A stretch of 64,000 bases of DNA from Candidatus Bathyarchaeota archaeon (GTDB lineage Archaea; Thermoproteota; Bathyarchaeia; Bathyarchaeales; Bathycorpusculaceae): contig CAWHXY010000004.1 in the NCBI GenBank assembly GCA_963833575.1, positions 704,001 through 768,000 of the forward strand, read 5' to 3'. The notes beneath the pieces are model-generated. The model did not search any database. It was not told the DNA's origin and saw only the letters and a program-made list of their open reading frames with translations. Below, piece by piece: positions 49,193 through 59,112 of the stretch. Made by a program: the position numbers and the translations under genes. The stretch's first letter is position 1. The number at the start of each line of letters is the position of its first letter.

Positions 49193-49417
49193 ATGAAGAA
49201 TAGTCTATTTATGAGTGGATTTAGCGAAATGGAGAAGATTGCTGAAGGCATCAGTGACTTTGGTGATTTTAGAGCGATTTTGTTCAAAACGTCAGATGGT
49301 CGTCATTTTGTGCGGTTTCTGCCCTTTGAGAACTCGGAAAAACCTCACACGCAGTGGCTTCCTGGTGATGACTATTTGGAATGGCTCAGATGTTGTGATA
49401 AATGTTCTGCAACGTGA
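49193..49417 (+). CDS. Small hypothetical protein
   Basis: Protein-like 74-aa ORF behind a TTTTATAT box; start may be a later Met; C-terminal CCDKC. Confidence 0.45.
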   Translation: MKNSLFMSGFSEMEKIAEGISDFGDFRAILFKTSDGRHFVRFLPFENSEKPHTQWLPGDDYLEWLRCCDKCSAT

Positions 49418-49487
49418 ATTACTCTAATCCAGGGTTAAGTGAGGATATGTAAGAAAGAGTTGTGGACATAACCCCTTTTGCGGATGT

Positions 49488-51341
49488 CTATTCTGTCATG
49501 TAAGTGATGTCATCCCATGGGTGCCTATAGAGGCCCTGCTTTAGCCGTTTTTGGTCCAAAAAGTGGGCTGTCATTCCTATGGTTCTGCCCACAACAAACA
49601 ACCCGTTTAATGCACCCATTTTAATATACTCGTCGGCTTCCTGCTTGGTCATCTCGGTTCTTAGCATGTCAACGAAGCAAATGCCAATGCACCCATCAAC
49701 ATTGAGGATGAGATTGTCTTTCTTGGCTGTTGTCAGCTTTTCAACTTCAAGTGCATAGTCCAAAAGCGGGGTAGCTTTGAAGTGTTTCTTGGCGTATTCT
49801 TTCAGTATAGTTACTCTCTTGTCAGGGTTGTTTACGCTCTTTACCAAGTGCCCGATGCCTTGGATGTTTTCACCCTTTTTCTTCATTTCCTCGACGAACT
49901 CTGCTGGCGTTAAGCCTCTGTCAAAAGCGTCAGAAAAACTCTGAGCAGCTCCGTCGATTGCGCCTCCGAACCGTGGACCGATAGTTAGCATACCGCTTGC
50001 CACTGAGGACATCAAGTCTTTTCCTGCTCTTGCTGCGACTATAGCGTTGTGGGCACCTGACACTGCAGGTCCATGGTCAGCCGTCACCATGATGGTCATC
50101 TCTATAAACTTTGAGGCATATGAGGGGAACTGACGTTTGAACCACAGTATGCTCAATACGCCACCAATTCCTATGTCCTGCTTGAAAACCTCGGAAATTG
50201 GCATCTTACCGTAAAGCAGTTCTTCTCCTCTGTCGTCAGAAATTGTGCATATAAAGTTAGAGGGCTTTCTGATAATCCCTGCTTTCAATGCCTTGGCATA
50301 ATCCATCGGAATCTTCGGTACTGGTGGTTCTGGCTTTGGCTTGATGATGCCCTTTTGAACCAAGTTTTCGTATGTCTCCCTTATTTTTTCGTCGTAATCG
50401 TCGTAGGAGTTTGGAACAATTGCTCCAGCTGCTTTTAGAGCCAAGTTCTTTGCATCTGCAGTTTCCACTTCTGAACCTGCTTTTGCGCCTGCGTGGCCGA
50501 ACTGAACCTCAGTTTTGAATGCCTTGGAACAAGTGCCGGTTACCCAAATAACCAGTGGCTTTGTTATCTTCTTTTTCTTTATAGCTTCAGCGATTTCGTA
50601 TTCTCCCCTGCCCCCTACTTCGCCCAAGCACACCAGCATCTTAATTTCTGGAATAGACTCGAACCTAAGAAGATGATCTAAAAGTGTTGATCCAGGGTGT
50701 GTATCTCCGCCAATTGCAATGCCCTCGTACAGTCCATCAGTGTTTCTAGCAATAATGTTATACGCCTCATTGCTTAGACCACCTGATTTAGAAACAAAAC
50801 CAACAGACCCTGGTCTATGAAGCTTCGACTCTATTATGTTTTCGATTGTACCGCCTGCATTTCCAATTTTAAAGCACCCAGCTTTTATTCCTCCAACAGT
50901 CGCTGGACCGATGATGACCTTTCCAAGTGCTTTCGATTTGGCTGTGAGCAACTTCATTCGCCGCTCCGGCACTCCCTCGGCTATTATCACAATAGTGCGA
51001 AGTTGCGGTATAGCCAACGCTTCATCGGTTGAAGGTGCGGCTGACCTGAAAGAAGCAAAATTAATCATCACATCAGCATTAGGATGCATCATCGCCGCTT
51101 TTTCAATCGTTTTGTAAATGGGGATTAAAATTTCGCGCGTGCCAAAGAAGCACTTTGAGAAGCTATCTGAACCTGTTGGGTTGATGATTGCTGCTACAGA
51201 CGGGGTCTCTCGACCTGAGGCATAGTCAAAATCTAGCATCCGTTGTGTTGCTGCCACTTGGTTGTTATAAATGAATGATTGGGTTTTTTTGGTGAACAAC
51301 TCACTTGAGGGAGTTTGCGCGATTGATTCTTTGTTTGACAT
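49488..51341 (-). CDS. aclA: ATP-citrate lyase subunit with CoA-binding, phospho-His and citryl-CoA lyase domains
   Basis: [63 protein letters not shown]. Confidence 0.96.
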   Translation of the reverse strand: MSNKESIAQTPSSELFTKKTQSFIYNNQVAATQRMLDFDYASGRETPSVAAIINPTGSDSFSKCFFGTREILIPIYKTIEKAAMMHPNADVMINFASFRSAAPSTDEALAIPQLRTIVIIAEGVPERRMKLLTAKSKALGKVIIGPATVGGIKAGCFKIGNAGGTIENIIESKLHRPGSVGFVSKSGGLSNEAYNIIARNTDGLYEGIAIGGDTHPGSTLLDHLLRFESIPEIKMLVCLGEVGGRGEYEIAEAIKKKKITKPLVIWVTGTCSKAFKTEVQFGHAGAKAGSEVETADAKNLALKAAGAIVPNSYDDYDEKIRETYENLVQKGIIKPKPEPPVPKIPMDYAKALKAGIIRKPSNFICTISDDRGEELLYGKMPISEVFKQDIGIGGVLSILWFKRQFPSYASKFIEMTIMVTADHGPAVSGAHNAIVAARAGKDLMSSVASGMLTIGPRFGGAIDGAAQSFSDAFDRGLTPAEFVEEMKKKGENIQGIGHLVKSVNNPDKRVTILKEYAKKHFKATPLLDYALEVEKLTTAKKDNLILNVDGCIGICFVDMLRTEMTKQEADEYIKMGALNGLFVVGRTIGMTAHFLDQKRLKQGLYRHPWDDITYMTE

Positions 51342-52655
51342 TTACTTTGCTCCCTTCAACGCCATTGAAACAATCTTGGTCATATGAGTTTCTGGTCCGA
51401 AAACTTCAATTGGCACACCTATTTTTTCGCCAAGCGCTCTCATCTGACACAAGCCCTCCAGATAGTTGGGTCCGCCCCTTCGGACGTATATCTTGACCTT
51501 ATTCTCTTGGAGATTCTTTTGGTGTTCTTTAAGGGCTTTGATTATGCCTTTGAAGGTACTTGCGACATCAGTAAAGTTTGCTATGCCACCACCTATTATC
51601 AGGAATTTGCCTTTCGGGTTTACCTTTCTGGTCATGAGGTCTAGTATTGTATTGGCGTAGAGATAGGTGAACTCCTCGCTTGGGTCACCTGAATATTCCC
51701 CGTAATTAGCCAGTTCGGTTATGTAGCCTAGATCAGTAATCGTATCAGCATAGATGACAGAGGCACCACCGCCTGCAACCATGGTCCATACTCTTCCTTC
51801 CGGATTGAGGATGGTTAGTTTCAATGAGGCCCCAGTTTTTGAGTCTAAGTCTTCGATGTAAGCTTCTTCTTCAGTCGGAGTTCTCCCAAAAGGAACCGGA
51901 AACTCTATTTTGCCCCACTTCTCGCCGCTCTCAAATTCGGCACAGCTGTCCAGCTTGGATGCCAAATCTAGTGGGATAACCGAATCCTCTGTTACTACAA
52001 TCGGGTTCATTTCCAAATAGGTGAAGTTTAGATCAGCATAAAATTTGAATAATGCTTCTGTGAATCCTGAAAGGCACTTACTGTGGGTAGCTGCAACTTT
52101 TTCTAGTAGTTTTTTCTCGATTTCTGCAATGCTTGGAAACTTGCCGATGGGCACCTCCAAACGCAATGCTTTAGCGTCAACGTCCCCGACGTCTACACCG
52201 CCTTCAGGGTAGAACAGGATAGTATCTCCATCTCTAGTCGACATTATAGCGAGGTAATATTCATCCTGATTTTTGTGCGGTACCAGTGGCTCGATAATAA
52301 AATGTGTCAGTTGACCAATTGTCCCCTTGTCCGCGGGATTTCCGTTGGCATCAAATTTACCGTAGATAGTTATCGGTCCTTTTGACTTCTCTTCTATCCA
52401 TGCTTTGGCTTGGTTGTAGTTTGCGCCTGCAAGAATTAGGTTATTCTTTCCTCTACGCTTTATCAATTGGTCGGGTTTTACAACCAACTTCTCTGTTGTT
52501 AGCCACTTATTTTCATTCAGCAGCTTTGTCATATCGGTTTGTGGTCCAACCGTGACAATCTTATCAGAAATATTGTACTCTCCGTGTGAGTAATCTTTCA
52601 AGAGACGGGCTAGCATGCGCTTACCGTCTGCTTCTCTGATTGCTTTATGCGCCAT
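51342..52655 (-). CDS. aclB: ATP-citrate lyase ATP-grasp / citrate-binding subunit
   Basis: LVVKPDQLIKRRGK, GRVWTMVAGGGASVIYAD, ELANYGEYSG, IGGGIANFT, VRRGGPNY. Confidence 0.96.
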   Translation of the reverse strand: MAHKAIREADGKRMLARLLKDYSHGEYNISDKIVTVGPQTDMTKLLNENKWLTTEKLVVKPDQLIKRRGKNNLILAGANYNQAKAWIEEKSKGPITIYGKFDANGNPADKGTIGQLTHFIIEPLVPHKNQDEYYLAIMSTRDGDTILFYPEGGVDVGDVDAKALRLEVPIGKFPSIAEIEKKLLEKVAATHSKCLSGFTEALFKFYADLNFTYLEMNPIVVTEDSVIPLDLASKLDSCAEFESGEKWGKIEFPVPFGRTPTEEEAYIEDLDSKTGASLKLTILNPEGRVWTMVAGGGASVIYADTITDLGYITELANYGEYSGDPSEEFTYLYANTILDLMTRKVNPKGKFLIIGGGIANFTDVASTFKGIIKALKEHQKNLQENKVKIYVRRGGPNYLEGLCQMRALGEKIGVPIEVFGPETHMTKIVSMALKGAK

Positions 52656-52667
52656 TATATTCTCCCA

Positions 52668-53891
52668 CTATTCAAGCTTCTGTTTGAGCCTTTTGGCAAC
52701 CTCAGCAATAAACTCCTCGGTGTAAACTTGTCTATTGTTTGGGTCCGACGTTGCAACAATCATCAAGTCACCGGTCATAATACCGCTTTCAACAGTCTCA
52801 AGAGCCGCATCCTCCAACTTTTTCGCGAAATCCACAACTTCCGGCGTCTTATCCAACTCACCTCTCTTTCGCAAGCAGCCAGTCCAAGCAAATATTAAAG
52901 CCATGGAGTTACTTGAGGTCTTTTCACCTTTCAAGTATTTGTAATAGTGTTTCTGAACCGTGCCATGAGAAGCTTCGAACTCATAAAATCCTTGAGGGCT
53001 AACAAGCACAGAAGTCATCATTGCCAAACTACCATAAGCTGAGCCCAACATATCGCTCATAACATCGCCATCATAGTTTTTGCAAGCCCAAAGCATACCG
53101 CCTTCCGTCTTCATTATTCGTGCAACAGCATCATCAATTAAAGTAAAGAAATACTCGAGTCCTGCTTCTTTGAATTTGGATTTCCAGTTTTTCTGGTATT
53201 CTTCTTCGAATATCTTACGAAAATCCGCATCATATGTCTTAGAAATTGTATCCTTAGCGCCAAACCAAACATGAAGTTTCTGGTCATATGCATAGGTGAA
53301 GCAGGCTTTGGCAAAGCTGGAAATTGATTTATCAGTATTATGAATGCCTTGAATGACTCCTGGACCTTTGAAATCTTGAATTGTTCCTCGCCAAAGTTCC
53401 TTGCCCGCAGCGTTTGTGAATACCATCTCGGCCTTTCCTTCTTCTGGAACCCTGTACTCACAGTTCTTGTAAACATCTCCATAGGCGTGTCTTCCTATGT
53501 GGATTGGTTTCTTCCAAGATCTAACTGCCGGAGGAATATTTTTCACAAGGATCGGTGCCCTGAAAACCGTGCCATCTAAAGCTGCTCTAATGGTGCCGTT
53601 TGGGCTACTCCATTCCTTCTTCAAATTATATTCTTTAACGCGGTCTTTGTTTGGAGTGATAGTGGCGCATTTTACTCCGACACCGTATTTCTTTATGGCG
53701 TCTGCTGCTTCTAAGGTTATTTTGTCGTCAGTTTCGTCTCTCTTTTTGAGTTGAAGGTCATAATATGCCGTGTTCATGTCGAGAAAGGGTAAAAGGAGCT
53801 GATCTTTAACCATCTTCCACATTATTCTCGTCATTTCGTCTCCGTCTATTTCGACGATCGGTGTCTTCACATTTATTTTGCTCAATCTCAT
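52668..53891 (-). CDS. icd: Isocitrate dehydrogenase, NADP-dependent type-II-like
   Basis: [48 protein letters not shown]. Confidence 0.95.
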   Translation of the reverse strand: MRLSKINVKTPIVEIDGDEMTRIMWKMVKDQLLLPFLDMNTAYYDLQLKKRDETDDKITLEAADAIKKYGVGVKCATITPNKDRVKEYNLKKEWSSPNGTIRAALDGTVFRAPILVKNIPPAVRSWKKPIHIGRHAYGDVYKNCEYRVPEEGKAEMVFTNAAGKELWRGTIQDFKGPGVIQGIHNTDKSISSFAKACFTYAYDQKLHVWFGAKDTISKTYDADFRKIFEEEYQKNWKSKFKEAGLEYFFTLIDDAVARIMKTEGGMLWACKNYDGDVMSDMLGSAYGSLAMMTSVLVSPQGFYEFEASHGTVQKHYYKYLKGEKTSSNSMALIFAWTGCLRKRGELDKTPEVVDFAKKLEDAALETVESGIMTGDLMIVATSDPNNRQVYTEEFIAEVAKRLKQKLE

Positions 53892-53902
53892 TCCTCAATC
53901 AT

Positions 53903-55834
53903 TTATTTTACTGTATAGGAGAGCAGTCCGCCCTCATAGAGAATGTCTTTTTGTCTCTGGGAAAGGTTGTAGGTAAGCTCTATTTGGAGATTCTTGGTCT
54001 TGTTTACAAGGATGACTGGTTCATTATTCTGCAGTTTCTTCTTGATGCCTGGAATTTCAATCTCATCTCCTTGAGCTATTTTGTCGTAGTCAGCCATATT
54101 CTTGAAGGATAGCGAGATTATTCCGAAGTTAACAAGGTTGGCTGCATGGATTCGCTCTACCGACTTGGCTATGATCGCTTTGACGCCTAAGTACATTGGG
54201 CACAATGCAGCGTGCTCTCTAGAACTTCCTTGACCATATGATTCGCCAGCAACTATTACGATGTGCAATCCTTTCTTTTTTGCTTCCATTGCTCTCTTGG
54301 GGAATGCTGGGTCAATCGGCTCGAAAACAAATTCTGAATATTTGGGCACGTTGGATCTGTATTTTAGCCTTGCTCCAGCCGGCATTATATGGTCTGTAGT
54401 AATTTTGTCTCCGACTTTTATTCCGACAATGCCCTTTATTTGCTCGGGCATTTTGTCGTTTACTGGTGGAGTGCCTATGTTTGGTCCCCTAGCGATTTCA
54501 ATGTTTTTGTCAGATTCTTTGGGGAATATGAACATTGAATCATCAATTAGAAATTTCGTTGGCATGTTAACATTTGGGTATTCGAAGCCTGCATTTCTTG
54601 GATCAGTAAGTTTACCTGTGATTGCAGCTATAGCTGCGACTTCAGGGCTTACGAGGTAGACCTGAGCGTCTGAGGTTCCGCTTCTTCCTTCGAAGTTTCT
54701 GTTGCTTGTTCTGAGCGATACGCCGGTAGTCTTGGGACTTTGGCTGTTGCCGATACAGAATCCGCATGCTGCCTCTAGAAGCCTGGCGCCAGAATCTAGT
54801 AGGTCAAGGATGTAACCGTCTCTTGTCGCCATCTGCAGAACTTGTCTCGAGCCGGGTGCAACTCCAAATGATACGTCAGGATGGACTTTTTTACCCTTTA
54901 TTATCTTTGCTACTGTGGCTATTTCTTTGTAGGAGGAATTTGTGCAGGAACCGACCATTATTTGATCCACTTTAACATCTTTCAGTTCGCTTACTTTGAC
55001 AATGTTGCCTGGGCTGTGAGGTGCTGCAGCAAGTGGTTCAAGCGTACTAAGATCAAGATCGATTACTTTGTCGTACTCAGCGTCGTCGTCAGCCTTTAGC
55101 TCAATCCAATCTGCTTCTCGACCCTGTGCTTTAAGAAACCTCTTTGTCTCCTCATCTGAGGGAAATATAGAAGTGGTAACACCCATTTCGGCGCCCATGT
55201 TTGTGATTGTTGCTCTTTCTGGAACCGTAAGGTTCTGCACTCCAGGTCCAGTGTACTCTATTATGACACCGACATTGCCTTTTACTGTGAATATGTCCAG
55301 CATCTTCAAGACAACGTCTTTGGCGCTGACCCAGGGCTGAAGACTTCCCCTTAGATTTATCTTGTAAACTTTTGGGCATGTTATGTAGAATTCTCCGCCG
55401 CCCATTGCAACAGCTACATCCAGACCTCCTGCTCCAATAGCTACCATACCGATGCCTCCGCCGGTGGTCGTGTGACTGTCAGATCCAAGGAGCGTCTTTC
55501 CAGGCTTACCAAATCTCTCCAGATGGACTTGATGGCATATTCCGTTACCTGCCTTTGAATAAATTACGCCATATTTGGCCGCTACTGTCTGAAGGTACTT
55601 ATGATCATCAGCGTTTTCGTAACCCACTTGGATGGTGTTGTGGTCAACATAGCTAACAGAAAGCTCTGTTTTCACCTGTTTGAGTCCCATTGCTTCAAAC
55701 TGCAGGTATGCCATGGTTCCTGTGGCGTCCTGAGTGAGAGTTTGATCAATCTTTATGCCTATCTCGTTTCCAGGTATGTATTCTCCGACCACCAGATGTT
55801 TTTCTATTATTTTTCGAGTAAGGGACTTTCCCAT
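53903..55834 (-). CDS. acn: Aconitate hydratase
   Basis: TQDATGT, DHN, GICHQ, GSDSHT, GSCTN, ACGFCIG, SNRNFEGR, TTDHIMP, YGQGSSREHA. Confidence 0.93.
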   Translation of the reverse strand: MGKSLTRKIIEKHLVVGEYIPGNEIGIKIDQTLTQDATGTMAYLQFEAMGLKQVKTELSVSYVDHNTIQVGYENADDHKYLQTVAAKYGVIYSKAGNGICHQVHLERFGKPGKTLLGSDSHTTTGGGIGMVAIGAGGLDVAVAMGGGEFYITCPKVYKINLRGSLQPWVSAKDVVLKMLDIFTVKGNVGVIIEYTGPGVQNLTVPERATITNMGAEMGVTTSIFPSDEETKRFLKAQGREADWIELKADDDAEYDKVIDLDLSTLEPLAAAPHSPGNIVKVSELKDVKVDQIMVGSCTNSSYKEIATVAKIIKGKKVHPDVSFGVAPGSRQVLQMATRDGYILDLLDSGARLLEAACGFCIGNSQSPKTTGVSLRTSNRNFEGRSGTSDAQVYLVSPEVAAIAAITGKLTDPRNAGFEYPNVNMPTKFLIDDSMFIFPKESDKNIEIARGPNIGTPPVNDKMPEQIKGIVGIKVGDKITTDHIMPAGARLKYRSNVPKYSEFVFEPIDPAFPKRAMEAKKKGLHIVIVAGESYGQGSSREHAALCPMYLGVKAIIAKSVERIHAANLVNFGIISLSFKNMADYDKIAQGDEIEIPGIKKKLQNNEPVILVNKTKNLQIELTYNLSQRQKDILYEGGLLSYTVK

Positions 55835-55875
55835 AAATGTCTCATCCTATGGAAAGACTTGTTTTTCTTATGTGC

Positions 55876-55905
55876 ATATAAAGGTTGTCAATTTATGCGA
55901 CAACC
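55876..55905 (-). promoter_or_regulatory. TATA box and palindromic operator candidate for the acn-icd-aclBA operon
   Basis: TTTATAT on the minus strand (55876-55882) abutting GGTTGTC-N9-GACAACC (55883-55905). Confidence 0.5.
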
Positions 55906-56068
55906 AGCAATCTATGTTTACGTAAACAGTCTTAATTTAGAATAGTGTCTAAACAACAATACAAAAAGAAACTAAATTTCAAACCAAACTATTTTTGACT
56001 TCGCCCACTTAAGAATATAGTAGCGATCATGATAAAACGCTGCTAGGATGATCGATCTTTGAGCAGTA

Positions 56069-56188
56069 GGGTTTGCTGAGGCTCTGGCAAAAATCTTTTC
56101 TTTTAGGAGAAAAAGAAAAAATGCAAATTTCTTTTTTCACGATCCTATGTCACGCATCGTGAATTTTAACCCGAGCCCACTCAGCCCC
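56069..56188. repeat. ~120-bp structured element, copy D
   Basis: 118 of 120 positions match copy A by eye; 63 bp past the stop of the 56252 gene. Confidence 0.95.
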
Positions 56189-56251
56189 AATTTGCTCCTA
56201 AAATAGTTTGAGACTAAAAAAGGGGAAATGCTAGTTTAGTTTAGCATTTTT

Positions 56252-58905
56252 TTATGGTCGTTTCCTAAGCATTAGTACCATTACGACAGCTAAGACAATA
56301 ATGATTAAGACGAATAGTCCAGCGATTGCGGGAACAAAGTATGCGTCAGCGACAGATGTTGGAGTTGCCGTAGGTGCAGTTGTAGCTTGAGGTGCTGATT
56401 GTACTACAAGGTTGGTTTCTGCGTTTGATTGATAGTAGCCATTGGTTCCGGCGAATATAGCGTAGACTGAGTAGCCTCCTGGGACATTTGGAATAGTCCA
56501 AACGTAATGGAATAAGCCGTTTGCATCAGTTGTGGCGCTGCCGATTGTTATGTAGTTCCCATTAGGGTCATATGCCGTTATGCTTACTTGAACACCTGTG
56601 AAATTGGTTGGCATTGCTTGTTGCTGGTATACGTAGCCCATCCATTCTCTCATGCTTGCATCAGAAGAGACTGGAACGCCGTTTGGAAAATTAGCTGCAA
56701 CCTGTGTTTGCTTTGTGCCAGCAGAAACGTCTGTTACCGTGCCTTGTATTACAACCTTTTCGCCTGCTGTAATTTGGGTCATTGGCGCCTGTACTGTGGT
56801 AGCGCTTGGTCCTCTGCCAACACTATAGACTTGGTTGTCATAGCCGTTGAAGAATGTTGCATAGCCGTCTGCCATGGCAAAACTCATCGCTGCGAACTCA
56901 CCAGTATAATCTGAGAGAGTCCAGATTTCAGCGCCAGTTGTTGCGTTAATAGCGCGTGCCAATGCACCTTTGAAAATGGGTGTTTCGACAGTGTGCTCAG
57001 TTGTAATTAAGTATACTACTCCGTTGCCAATAGCTTGTATGAAGGTGGGATATTCGCCGAAAGCAGTTTCAAGGCCTGCATAAGTGCTGTTGCCTTCGCC
57101 GCCGTTACCATATGTCCACAGTAGAGTTCCATGTGCAATGTCATAAGCGTAGCATATTCCTCCGAATCCACTGCTGTAGAGAATACCGTTAGCAGCTATG
57201 CCATTAACGTTGGGGGTAGCTGGGTTGCCATAGTAGTCAAAAGCTGTTTGACCTGCGGTTGGACCCCAAAGTTTAGCGCCTGTTGCCATGCTGTATCCTA
57301 CCCACTGCATAGTTTCTGCATATGCTTCAGTGAAGACGCCAGTTTTTGCGTCTGCCGGACCTGGTAAGACAGTGACGTTGCCTGCGGGTGCATTAAGTGT
57401 GTTTGTCCATGATGGAGTGATAGTTGTGGTAGTCTTGCTAATTCCATTGAGACTTATACCGAGGTATGTGTATGGGGTGCTGCTTACTGTTCGGAATATG
57501 AGTGTTGACGAGGAGGGCAACGTGCCAACTTCCACAATCAGCATGTTGTTGTAGAAAGCATCTTCAATTGTAGGTGTTCCGGAGAGTGTGTTGAGCGCTG
57601 GTACTGAAACGTTGAAGTCATATAAGCTCTTAGTAGCTCCGTTAGTTGTTACCGGAATTATTGGTGGCGATGTTGACGAGCCCGAGTAGTCAGGTTCCCA
57701 AAGTTTTGATGAGTTCCATTCCTGCAAATAATATTGTGTAGGACCTGCGGGAACCGCAACTGGGCCATAGATTGTGTTTATTGTCGTCGTTGGCCCACAG
57801 TTTACAATGGATAATATTAGGTGTTCACCGTTTGGACCTAGTATAGTTGTGCCTGATGGAACGTTGGTTATGTTGAACATTGGGTCTCCTGTGTATGCAT
57901 CAAAAGCACGCCATGAGCTTGTGAACAGTATTGGCGGGTAAACTCCGTGTTGGTTGGGGTCTTGAACGTCATAAATGTAGCCGAAGGACAGGGCAGGTAC
58001 GTCAGTGCGAGACCAAATAGTTTTTCCTGTTTGCAGGTCTACGGCAACTGTTGGTCCATTGCTAGGTCCTGAGAATGATACTGGTTGTGTGTAGAAGAGC
58101 ATTCCATCAAGAATTATTGGATTGGTAAATCTTTGCTGATAGGCTGAACCTTCAAAGTATGTGTCTCCTGCAATGGCAAAGTTGTTTCCTCCTACGACTC
58201 CTCCGCCTTGAATTGGTGTTGTCCACATTACGTGGCTAGTAAGTGGTCCCACAGCGTCACCTGGAAAACTTGATTGGGCTGATCCCCCAAAAGAGTAACC
58301 AGAGTAGCCTGGTGCACCTGAGCCTAGCCAGTTTGAAGAAATTGTGTACCAGTTACTGTTTGTGCCGTAAATTGGGCGTGTCCAATAACTTGTTGGTAGA
58401 GGAGTAGTTGGGTAATTGGATATTGCTTGCTGCTGAACAGTTAGTGTTGTAGAGGCAGTGCTAGGCAAATAAGTATCATTAACCAATGCTGAGGTTGGAC
58501 TATCGTTGTTTACAGTTACTAATTGTCCTGGGAATGTAAAGTTGAAACTGTATGTGCCTATTTGGCTAGGAGTAAATGGATAGTCCTGTGCTGATGTTGG
58601 ATCTGTTACGGTCGCAAAATTCTCATGTGTTATTGTACCGTCAGGTGCAGTAATGGTGAGTTGGTAGTTTAGGAATCTGTAATTGTTTGACAAGGCACTT
58701 GATAAGTCATATGTGTCGTCAAGCCACATGATTACGTAGGCTTTTTGGCCGACACCTACAGGGTTAGGTGCTGCATTTATGAAAGCAAAAGTTGGAATGT
58801 TCCATGCTGGTGTGTGTGTGCATTAACGTTTGGTACTAACATAATTGAAGTAGCAATTGAAAGAGTTAATAATATCGCGATAGCTATTGTTTTAAGGTTT
58901 TTCAT
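56252..58905 (-). pseudogene. Beta-propeller surface-protein paralog, frameshifted (+2) in a (CA)5 tract (phase-OFF or pseudogene)
   Basis: ATG at 58905 gives signal peptide MKNLKTIAIA..NAHT then a stop at 58777; removing one CA restores AHTPAWNIPTFAFINAAPNPVGVGQ..MWLDD and joins the 825-aa ORF, homologous to 42434-45073. Confidence 0.85.
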
Positions 58906-59112
58906 ATTTTTTCTTCCTATATTTCTGTGAGAGTCTCATTAGCAACCAAGGTGTATTTAGATTTTTCGTGTTTTAGAAAAAAAGCCCTAAAAAAGGAGAA
59001 AATATACGACATAAAAGTATACTTTCAAGATTATTTGCTACCACTAATGCTTAGTTTATATTTTCTTGATTTTGAGAATACTTAATTAGGCAGTTTAAAA
59101 AGAAAAGGACTA

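Noticed and set aside
49166-49193. Xer dif site (TTATATCTAAA resembles a Thermococcales dif arm)
   Set aside because: No matching left arm at 6-bp spacing; better explained as a TATA box.
41039-56188. The element as a classical MITE (GGGTTTGCTGA loosely resembles some IS ends)
   Set aside because: The inverted ends are bulged, there is no consistent target-site duplication, similarity continues on one side to the gene stop, and no transposase is in the window. Not fully excluded without an ISfinder search.
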